Positions 56,405 to 63,442 of a stretch of 64,000 nt of DNA are shown here, piece after piece. The stretch's first letter is position 1; each line of letters starts with the position of its first letter. Made by a program: the position numbers and the translations under genes. The stretch lies in the UHGV virus genome UHGV-0033085; one strand, written 5' to 3'. The notes below the pieces were generated by a model that saw only the letters and a program-made list of their open reading frames with translations, had not been told where the DNA came from and searched no databases. The DNA is from a virus.

Positions 56405-56691
56405 GCAATTTAACTTCTTGGGAATGGTGGTTGGCCACCTATTTCTTAGCGGCCGGAGTCGCATTCGCCTTTTACGTAGGTCAGTTAGTCGTAAAACTGT
56501 TGCTGATTAAATTTGCTAGTCATAAACGTATCGATGATGGTCTGTGGCGTCTTGGCACCCTGGTGGAAACTCGCTACGGGCAACTTAAGGAGAACGAAAC
56601 CATTACTATCCAAGCGAAACGATTCACTGCCACCATTACAAGAACACCTAGTCGTAGAGTGGCCTTGATCAAAAAAGTCACAACCGAATAA
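56401..56691 (+). CDS. membrane protein (N-terminal TM helix)
   Basis: ORF track; ATGA-coupled. Confidence 0.45.
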   Translation: MSNLTSWEWWLATYFLAAGVAFAFYVGQLVVKLLLIKFASHKRIDDGLWRLGTLVETRYGQLKENETITIQAKRFTATITRTPSRRVALIKKVTTE

Positions 56692-56700
56692 AAACATATT

Positions 56701-56722
56701 GATAAGTATTTACTTACTTATC
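56701..56722. promoter_or_regulatory. TAAGTA box, palindrome GATAAGTA-tttact-TACTTATC
   Basis: Perfect 8-bp arms at the start of the non-coding tRNA region. Confidence 0.4.
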
Positions 56723-56896
56723 TTTTGTGTATAAGATGACTTTGTTTTCGTTGAGACGCGACTGTTTGAACTTAAATACAAGTGCAAACGAAGAAGTCTA
56801 TCTGGCAGTAGCCTAATAAGCCAAACACCAGCGAGGTCAGTTTCCAGCCTCGTTACCGAAATGGGACACACTGAGCGAGTGTGATTGCAGAACGCA

Positions 56897-56920
56897 GGAG
56901 GGAACATTCATGTTCCCTCC
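56897..56920. repeat. perfect 24-bp palindrome GGAGGGAACATtcATGTTCCCTCC
   Basis: 11-bp perfect arms; contains SD-like AGGAGG plus ATG in both orientations. Confidence 0.7.
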
Positions 56921-57081
56921 GATGAAGTAACAGAATGGGCGGTTGGTATATTTTCAACTCCATATGACTCCCGGATTCTTAGCCACTGACCGCCCATCCT
57001 GTTACGTCATTTTGTTCAATTATGTCGTTTATACTGGGTTAAAAAGCGGCGACGTAGCCCGGCTGGTATGGTTAGCCAGCA

Positions 57082-57203
57082 CACAACGTTGAGGCCATTA
57101 CATTTTTATCAATTCTAAGGTTCTATTCACAGAGATACCGGCGAGCGTTGATATGTAACATGTTGGGCAAACATTCAATCGGAGTAGTGGCCTCAACGTT
57201 GTG
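57082..57203 (+). repeat. long stem-loop element A (CACAACGTTGAGGCC ... GGCCTCAACGTTGTG)
   Basis: 15-bp perfect inverted repeat around about 92 nt, upstream of tRNA-Asn. Confidence 0.6.
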
Positions 57204-57469
57204 AAGACAGGATTGTTGTGTAGGTTTAACCACTGTTGCCATTGGTGCCTGTTTTCACAACAAATGATTCCATACATCACATTGTATAAATTACAAAGTA
57301 GGTGCTGTCCTCAGAAACATCATCTACTTAAAGATTTTGCCTTCTACTATTGAGCGAAGTCGAAAGCGTCTGGCACTAACGAAAAGTGCAAGTAGCGGTG
57401 CGTTTCCTGGCAGAAACTAAACCGTCGCGATTGGCACTGTTGAGTAATAAATACTGGCAGTGCTGAATT

Positions 57470-57544
57470 GATGGTGTAGCTCAGCGGTAGAGCAGTTGGC
57501 TGTTAACCAACTGGTCGGTGGTTCGAATCCACCCACCATCGCCA
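57470..57544 (+). tRNA. tRNA-Asn (anticodon GTT)
   Basis: Cloverleaf folded by hand: 7-bp acceptor, GCTC/GAGC D-stem, GTTGG/CCAAC anticodon stem, loop CTGTTAA, TTCGAAT T-loop, encoded CCA. Confidence 0.85.
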
Positions 57545-57549
57545 ATTTA

Positions 57550-57636
57550 GGGGAGTTAGTCCGTAGAGGTAGCGGTGTAGACTGTAAATCTACTGTCATG
57601 GCGACTCGGGTGGTTCGACTCCATCACTCCCCACCA
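57550..57636 (+). tRNA. tRNA-Tyr (anticodon GTA), type II
   Basis: Acceptor GGGGAGT/ACTCCCC, anticodon stem GTAGA/TCTAC with loop CTGTAAA, long variable arm, TTCGACT T-loop, encoded CCA. Confidence 0.8.
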
Positions 57637-57640
57637 AATT

Positions 57641-57716
57641 GCCGGTTTAGCTCAGTTGGTAGAGCGCCTGCCTTGTAAGCAGGATGTCAGCGGTTCGAGT
57701 CCGTTAACCGGCACCA
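57641..57716 (+). tRNA. tRNA-Thr (anticodon TGT)
   Basis: Acceptor GCCGGTT/AACCGGC, GCTC/GAGC D-stem, anticodon stem CCTGC/GCAGG with loop CTTGTAA, TTCGAGT T-loop, CCA. Confidence 0.85.
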
Positions 57717-57717
57717 A

Positions 57718-57806
57718 CACAACAGGTAAGTGCATTGGGCGAATCGGCGATACTGACCCACAAGCCCGTAAATCGATAGAGTCAGACCAGTGCTCTTACC
57801 GTTGTG
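57718..57806 (+). repeat. long stem-loop element C (CACAACAGGTAAG ... CTTACCGTTGTG)
   Basis: 12-bp arms around about 64 nt, immediately after tRNA-Thr. Confidence 0.55.
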
Positions 57807-57857
57807 AGGAAGTGCAGCTCTTTGAGGCAACCAGAAGATAAGCATCTGGCTTCACAA

Positions 57858-57936
57858 CACAACGATAAGATCATTACGGTTAATCGTCGTTCATGTGCAC
57901 AATGACTGGTCGAAAGGTAGTGATCTTACCGTTGTG
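57858..57936 (+). repeat. long stem-loop element D (CACAACGATAAGA ... TCTTACCGTTGTG)
   Basis: 13-bp arms with one mismatch around about 53 nt. Confidence 0.55.
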
Positions 57937-58080
57937 GTGGATTCGCAGACTGATGCGATAGCTTTCTTGGATGTTAGGGAAATGCGGCCGCAAATCTTCC
58001 CTTTCGCGAGCGGTGATCGTCCGTAGTCCTAATTGGCTGCACCGTATGCCGGAGATTCAGTACCGGCCACCACAACGGCC

Positions 58081-58167
58081 GGAGAGTAGGGAGCATGGTG
58101 CTCAAGCGGTCTTGAAAACCGTCCCATTGCGCAAGCGATGATGGTTCGATTCCATTACTCTCCGCCA
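58081..58167 (+). tRNA. tRNA-Ser (anticodon TGA), type II
   Basis: Acceptor GGAGAGT/ACTCTCC, anticodon stem GCGGT/ACCGT with loop CTTGAAA, 17-nt variable arm, TTCGATT T-loop, discriminator G, CCA. Confidence 0.8.
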
Positions 58168-58169
58168 GA

Positions 58170-58247
58170 CACAGCGTTGAGCGGTTTGGCCTTTTAATCA
58201 CCCAGATTAAGACTCCGCTAACATAAACCAGACCGCTCAACGCTGTG
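58170..58247 (+). repeat. long stem-loop element B (CACAGCGTTGAGCGGT ... ACCGCTCAACGCTGTG)
   Basis: 16-bp perfect arms around a 46-nt loop, directly after tRNA-Ser. Confidence 0.6.
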
Positions 58248-58389
58248 ATAGACAATTACGGCAGACGTTCTTAACCATAGCTTGCTAACATCCTAGCAAC
58301 ACTTTTTTTCAGCGCAAAATTCAAAGGGGCTTCGGCCACTTTTTTTGCAACTGAAAGAGTCAAGTCTACGAACTTTGTAGGAAGAAATA

Positions 58390-58740
58390 ATGACCAGCAA
58401 AGAGAACACACCACTAAAAGTCACCCCTGAACACATTGAACAACTCATTCAAAGTGAACATTATTTCACTGCATATGATGCCAGCCACGGGGATAACTTC
58501 ATCTCTGTTTACAATTCAAAAACAGATATCGACAAAGGTCATGAGTCGTTAAAACTCTTAACGTTCTGCGTTATGGTTCTCAAAAATGGATATACCGTAA
58601 CGGGAAAATCTGCGTGCGTAAGACCAGAAATCTTCAATTTTGATGTTGGTCGCGAGTACGCTCGAAAAGATGCTATCGATCAAATCTGGCCCCTGGAAGG
58701 CTATCTCCTGAAGCAAAAGTGGCATGAGGCAAAGCAATGA
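58390..58740 (+). CDS. hypothetical phage protein (N4 gp49-like, tentative)
   Basis: ORF with GGAAG RBS; C-terminal ...IWPLEGYLLKQ block. Confidence 0.45.
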   Translation: MTSKENTPLKVTPEHIEQLIQSEHYFTAYDASHGDNFISVYNSKTDIDKGHESLKLLTFCVMVLKNGYTVTGKSACVRPEIFNFDVGREYARKDAIDQIWPLEGYLLKQKWHEAKQ

Positions 58741-58982
58741 CGATCACTATCTACGGATGAGATAACTGCTCATACTGCAAACGTGCGGTCGAGCTGGCGA
58801 AGCAACTAAAGGGACATGGCTACGGTGATTATGAGTACATCGACATCACCACTGCCGGTATCAACAAGGAAAAACTAAGTGAAATTGTTGGTAAACCGGT
58901 AGAGACTATCCCCCAAGTGCTGATCGATGGCCAACCGATTGGCGGATACACAGAACTGGCTGCATACGTCAGCACCCTCTGA
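58737..58982 (+). pseudogene. Grx1-like glutaredoxin interrupted by in-frame TGA at codon 8 (58758-58760)
   Basis: Translation MTITIYG*DNCSYCKRAVELAKQL...GKPVETIPQVLIDGQPIGGYTELAAYV has the glutaredoxin fold signature; the stop sits where Grx1 has the Arg of GRSGCPYC. Confidence 0.6.
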
Positions 58983-59061
58983 TTTTAACGGCTCACAGGA
59001 GCCGTTTTTATTCCCACCAAACTCACTCCCGTTTCCCTTAAAATTCAAAAAACAACGTCAA

Positions 59062-59094
59062 AATGATTCCATACCTACTATGTATGGAATCATT
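59062..59094. repeat. inverted repeat AATGATTCCATAC-ctactat-GTATGGAATCATT upstream of integrase
   Basis: Perfect 13-bp arms; left arm is one of three direct copies of ATGATTCCATAC (56252, 57264, 59063). Confidence 0.6.
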
Positions 59095-59192
59095 ACTGAA
59101 AATGAGTTACTTTTACTCTTGATCCTATAAGAATCTATGCCTAATATACTGTTTACTTATACAGTGCATCGGCGTAACTCGGTGATTGTCAT

Positions 59193-60296
59193 ATGAAAAA
59201 TAGCTTTGACAGAGCACGCGCTGCGGAGAACACCTCAAAAGAGGCGATTGAGTATCTCGAAAGAGCATCTCAAATGCAGGCCGTTATGATCTCCCAGGTC
59301 AGCAATGACATGAGATTCTCGGACGCATTCATGTTATTCACTCGCTTATCTCTGCTGATAACAAGACGTCGGCCAGAGATCGCTGTTCATTGTATTTTGA
59401 TACATGTTTTGCCGCACATTGCCGATGTAAAAGTAAGTGACATTAATAGGTTCATGGTGAACCAACTGGTCAACCCACTAATACTGGATGGCAAAATTGT
59501 TATGGGCCGCCGCGTTTTCTCTCTGATGAAGCAGTTCCTTAGCTGGTGCGCCTTCCAGGGGATGATAGACGTGTCACCGTTAAACGATATGTCACTTAAC
59601 AAAGTTGCCGGTGGCGCAAAGCCCACACCTCGCGAGCGGAAGCTGACCGACGCAGAGGTATGGGTGTTCTGGAATATATGGGACTACTTCAATGTGTGCG
59701 CTGGTACAAAATGGGCGGCCAGGCTGTGTCTTGTATCCGCAAGACGACCTGACGAAGTACTGCGTGCTAAAAAAAGTGAGTTCAATCTTAAGCGTGGGGT
59801 TTGGAATCAAGGCAAGAGGAACAAATCTGCCCGTGAGCATTCGCTGCCTTTAAGCACATTAATGCGCACATGTATTGAAGAGTTGTTCGAATACGGTAAA
59901 GGCAGCCAGTGGCTCGTGCCTTCGAATAAAAAAATCGGGAAAGACCTTCCTATGTCTAAAGTGGCAATAGCCCAGGCATTACGTCGTATTCTGGAACGAC
60001 CAGAACTGATGGAGCTTGAGCCATTTACACCCCGAGACTTGCGCCGTACTGCGCGTAGTTACTTCCCAGCATTAGACATAAGCCAGGAGGTATCACGCAA
60101 AATCATGAACCACAGTCTTGAGGGGATAGATCGAGTCTACGACCGGCACGATTATATGGACGAGATGCGAGACGCCTTAGAAAGTTTCTCGACGTACATC
60201 GCATCAATCGTAGAGCAACCGGATTTAGACGAAATTGACCACAAATTCAAGGGAGATCGTCTATCAACAGAGCTTATTCGTGTAAATTTTTCATAG
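59193..60296 (+). CDS. tyrosine recombinase / phage integrase
   Basis: Conserved LVSARRPDEV, TPRDLRRTA and VYDRHDYMDE blocks consistent with the R..H-x-x-R..Y catalytic signature. Confidence 0.8.
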   Translation: MKNSFDRARAAENTSKEAIEYLERASQMQAVMISQVSNDMRFSDAFMLFTRLSLLITRRRPEIAVHCILIHVLPHIADVKVSDINRFMVNQLVNPLILDGKIVMGRRVFSLMKQFLSWCAFQGMIDVSPLNDMSLNKVAGGAKPTPRERKLTDAEVWVFWNIWDYFNVCAGTKWAARLCLVSARRPDEVLRAKKSEFNLKRGVWNQGKRNKSAREHSLPLSTLMRTCIEELFEYGKGSQWLVPSNKKIGKDLPMSKVAIAQALRRILERPELMELEPFTPRDLRRTARSYFPALDISQEVSRKIMNHSLEGIDRVYDRHDYMDEMRDALESFSTYIASIVEQPDLDEIDHKFKGDRLSTELIRVNFS

Positions 60297-60677
60297 AGAC
60301 TTTATGGCCTCAACAACCTTTTGTGATGCGCCTTTCTCTTTACCGAATCGCTCGTTATATGCAGCAAGAACCTGTTTTTCGTCCTCGTTAAGAGGAGCGG
60401 TGCCTTCTTTGTATAAAAATGCTGCGAGTTCAGGTTGGCGTTCTTCCAGCACCATCATCATAAGACGACTTGGCTCAATACCCAGCGCCAGCGCCAACGG
60501 ACGAACCTTATCGATAGGCAAAGGAATTTTGCCACTTTTAATTAAAGAAAGGTTGTTGGCATTTTTATAACCAATAAGTCTGGCTATTTGGGCCTGACTC
60601 ATAGGTGAGGATTCAATCAGCCCTGCGATAAAAGCAGCATAGCGACTTTCTATAAATTCAATCTTGTTGTCAGACAT
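60291..60677 (-). CDS. XRE-family helix-turn-helix regulator
   Basis: HTH segment MSQAQIARLIGYKNANNLSLIKSGK; convergent with integrase. Confidence 0.7.
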   Translation of the reverse strand: MSDNKIEFIESRYAAFIAGLIESSPMSQAQIARLIGYKNANNLSLIKSGKIPLPIDKVRPLALALGIEPSRLMMMVLEERQPELAAFLYKEGTAPLNEDEKQVLAAYNERFGKEKGASQKVVEAIKSL

Positions 60678-60708
60678 TGTTACAACCTTTGCGCGTTCAA
60701 TTCTCTCT

Positions 60709-60722
60709 GGTAAGTGCTTACC
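60709..60722. promoter_or_regulatory. palindrome GGTAAGtgCTTACC upstream of the XRE regulator gene
   Basis: Perfect 6-bp arms 32 nt upstream of the regulator start; further GGTAAG / CTTACC copies follow in the AT-rich divergent region. Confidence 0.4.
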
Positions 60723-60927
60723 GATATTACATCAAAGGTTAGGGTTGTAAAGCTATTATCATTTTTTCGATAGGCACTTAAAAGACCGGTTAAAGGCCAT
60801 TGCACGGAGAAAAATTAGCCCAAAACAGGTAAGAAAATTAACTTGCATATGATATGAATGTATTCAGTATTGATATAAATTTTAGTAGTATTCCTTACCA
60901 TAGTATAAGTTAGAATGGATTGATTGA

Positions 60928-61140
60928 ATGAACACCACTATTTCCAGCCTAATCGCTCTTGAGATCGGACACGTACAGAAATTAGCTGATGAGTGTGTAG
61001 CTGACATCCTCACCGATCTACCGAATGAGCAGATTCAGGTTGGTGTGAATGACACAACTGGCTTTATATTCGAACTTAACAACAAACGCTTCACGCTTCT
61101 CAATATCGGCTCCGGGTCTTTAGCCGTCAGAATCTGTTAA
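60928..61140 (+). CDS. hypothetical small protein
   Basis: ORF track; no clear RBS. Confidence 0.3.
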   Translation: MNTTISSLIALEIGHVQKLADECVADILTDLPNEQIQVGVNDTTGFIFELNNKRFTLLNIGSGSLAVRIC

Positions 61141-61152
61141 CCCCTCTTCTCC

Positions 61153-61185
61153 CTGCGCGAATGGCTTAGTTCCCTGTTCGCGCAG
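61153..61185 (+). terminator. hairpin CTGCGCGAA-N15-TTCGCGCAG (possible terminator)
   Basis: 9-bp perfect stem, no U-run. Confidence 0.35.
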
Positions 61186-61206
61186 TGCTACATTAAACAC
61201 AGTAGT

Positions 61207-61221
61207 AAATAATTTGTTTTC
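61207..61221 (+). promoter_or_regulatory. degenerate operator AAATAAtttGTTTTC upstream of vWA gene
   Basis: Right half-site matches the AAAACA-N3-TGTTTT family; followed by AAGGA RBS. Confidence 0.3.
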
Positions 61222-61238
61222 ATAACAAAGGATTAGCC

Positions 61239-63347
61239 ATGTCTAAAAAACGTTCCATCAAAGAGGTTCAGGACTTCCGTGACAGTGTAAAACGAGTAGT
61301 CGCTCTCCTTTCAGGTAAAAACATCCCTGTTGCAGAACGAGGGGACGACGCTTATGTACGCTATAACGATGATGGAGAGCCAATTCTCGTAAACATCCCA
61401 TCAATCCCGGATAACGCAACACCGGCATTGATGAATGCTGTGCGCGGATTTCTCGATCATGAGGTTGCTCACATTTTGTTTACCGATATTCGTGTGTCCA
61501 ACAAAATGAGAGAAAAAGGACGCGTTCCTTCCTGGTCGCTATGGAATGCCTTAGAAGACGTGTTCATCGAGCGAAAAATGGGTCAGGTCTTTAACGGAAC
61601 AAGACGTAATCTGATGGCAACTCAGCGCCTTATAATCGAAAAAGTCTTTAAACCAAAGGCTTCAGAGGCTATTGCTTATTGTGGCAAAGATCAGCGCGCG
61701 CTTTTTCTAAACTTCTTTCTCTGTCCGGTTGTAAGAGCCTGGGATGGCCAAGCACCGTTCGTAGATTTCATGGATGAACATTGGCCTGTCATTGAGAAAC
61801 CAATTTCATTATTAAAAGAACATGGTATCGATGTGGCCGTGCGTAACATGTCTTGCACCGAGGATTGTGTAAAGGTGGCTGCGACCATAGCTAAGATCCT
61901 CAAAGACACTGAAAGTGAAAGCAAAGGTAAGGAGTCAGCTCCGGGAAAAACTTCCGATCCTTCAGACGCTGACCAGACGGATGCCTCTGGAGAAAACAAT
62001 GAAGACAACGAAGATCATGAGACACCCTCAGCGTTAGATAATCACAAATCTATCAAATCAGAATCACATAGTAAGTACAAACATGATAATAACGACAGTG
62101 ATGATTCAGATAATTCTGAATCATCAGAAACAATATTCGATGATACAGAAAATGATAAAGAGGTATCAGATTCTGATGCTTCTGATAACGCGGCGTCAGA
62201 ATCATTAACCGCTGACCACGAAAAAAGAAAAACGACAGAAGACGGCTCTTCAGATATCCCAACTCCGTCAAAAATGAGTCTGGAAGAGGCTTTAGAGGAG
62301 TTGGATAGCATGGAAGATGAAGTCGGAGGCATGACAGAAGATGCGCTATCCGAAACGATTAAAAGCGAGTTAACAGAAAGCTCGAAAAGCGAATACAGGC
62401 CATACAATCGCTCATACGACTTCATCGGCTCGATTGATCAGGCAGAAGCCCATATCAAACGGCTTATTAAAACATTCTCCGATATTGATTTGGGAGGATA
62501 TCCAATCAGCCGCTATCGCATCGTTCCTGAAGGCAACCAGCTCTTCGACAAATATATTGAAAAGCATCTTTCGTCAGGTGTTTCGTCGACGCTGGCAAAA
62601 GACCTGGAGCGAGCAATAGCAAGCAGAAACAGAGTTCAGTTTATACCGGGCCAGCGTCGGGGGCGCATTCATGGTTCTAGTATCTACAGATTAGCAATGA
62701 ATGATGCTCGCGTGTTTCGTAAAAAAGAAGAATCTAAAGCCGTTAACGCCTGTGTTCAACAAGTGATTGATTTATCAGGTTCAATGAGTGGTATAACGAT
62801 TAAACTGGCTCTTGCAAGTGCATATACCATCGCCGATGCCCTTGATCGAATAAATGTTCCCAACATTATCACCGGCTTCACTACATTTGGTAGTCATATG
62901 GCGGCAGGAGAACTTAAGGCTGTCAAGTATGAGTTCTCTCGCTTTGAATCTTTAATGCTACCTATCATCAAAAATTGGAATGAAAAGGTAAATTCTCGCG
63001 AAGTTCGCTCACGTATGGGGTGCGTAGGCTACACATTCCCACTTCTTAATAACGTGGATGGTGAAAGCATAGCCAGCCTTGCATCGTTATTTTCCGGTCG
63101 CTTGGAGGACAGGAAGATCATGCTTGTTCTGAGTGATGGCGCGCCGTGGGCTGTTGGGAGAGGTTTTGACGCTCATTTGCGTTCAGTTGCGAAGCAAATT
63201 GAAACGCAGACTGATATTGATTTGATGGCAATTGGCATCATGACTGACGCACCGGAGAGATTTTACTCAAATCATGCCCTGGTAACGAGCGTTGATAGTC
63301 TTGGTTCATCTGTAGTTACTGAACTATCTCGTATCATTTTAAAGTGA
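61239..63347 (+). CDS. von Willebrand factor A domain protein with acidic linker (CobT-like)
   Basis: MIDAS-like DLSGSMSG motif; long D/E/S-rich acidic segment. Confidence 0.7.
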   Translation: MSKKRSIKEVQDFRDSVKRVVALLSGKNIPVAERGDDAYVRYNDDGEPILVNIPSIPDNATPALMNAVRGFLDHEVAHILFTDIRVSNKMREKGRVPSWSLWNALEDVFIERKMGQVFNGTRRNLMATQRLIIEKVFKPKASEAIAYCGKDQRALFLNFFLCPVVRAWDGQAPFVDFMDEHWPVIEKPISLLKEHGIDVAVRNMSCTEDCVKVAATIAKILKDTESESKGKESAPGKTSDPSDADQTDASGENNEDNEDHETPSALDNHKSIKSESHSKYKHDNNDSDDSDNSESSETIFDDTENDKEVSDSDASDNAASESLTADHEKRKTTEDGSSDIPTPSKMSLEEALEELDSMEDEVGGMTEDALSETIKSELTESSKSEYRPYNRSYDFIGSIDQAEAHIKRLIKTFSDIDLGGYPISRYRIVPEGNQLFDKYIEKHLSSGVSSTLAKDLERAIASRNRVQFIPGQRRGRIHGSSIYRLAMNDARVFRKKEESKAVNACVQQVIDLSGSMSGITIKLALASAYTIADALDRINVPNIITGFTTFGSHMAAGELKAVKYEFSRFESLMLPIIKNWNEKVNSREVRSRMGCVGYTFPLLNNVDGESIASLASLFSGRLEDRKIMLVLSDGAPWAVGRGFDAHLRSVAKQIETQTDIDLMAIGIMTDAPERFYSNHALVTSVDSLGSSVVTELSRIILK

Positions 63348-63363
63348 ACAAAACAGCCTTAAC

Positions 63364-63380
63364 GATAAGTAACCACTTAC
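63364..63380 (+). promoter_or_regulatory. TAAGTA box (GATAAGTAACCACTTAC)
   Basis: Family member 60 nt upstream of ATG 63443. Confidence 0.35.
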
Positions 63381-63442
63381 GATATATAATGATATATTTA
63401 TATAAGAAGTTGAACGCTCATTAGAGAACAAAGGAAAAACGC

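Noticed and set aside
56710-57280. ORFs 56710..56907 (minus) and 57098..57280 (minus)
   Set aside because: They run through the perfect palindrome and stem-loop element A; no RBS.
57496-57841. ORFs 57496..57678 and 57656..57841 across the tRNA genes
   Set aside because: They start with TTG inside tRNA-Asn and tRNA-Thr and are read through the tRNA sequences.
57997-58080. Possible fifth tRNA ending in CCGGCCACCA
   Set aside because: No acceptor-stem partner or T-arm could be folded; the sequence instead forms a simple hairpin CCGGCC-accacaac-GGCCGG just before tRNA-Ser.
57974-58255. Minus-strand ORF 57974..58255
   Set aside because: Antisense to tRNA-Ser and stem-loop element B; starts with a non-ATG codon; no RBS.
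58758-58760. Selenocysteine or suppressor-tRNA decoding of the in-frame TGA in the glutaredoxin gene
   Set aside because: The TGA aligns with an Arg position, not the active-site Cys; no SECIS-like hairpin directly downstream; none of the four tRNAs has a UCA anticodon. Kept only as a low-probability alternative.
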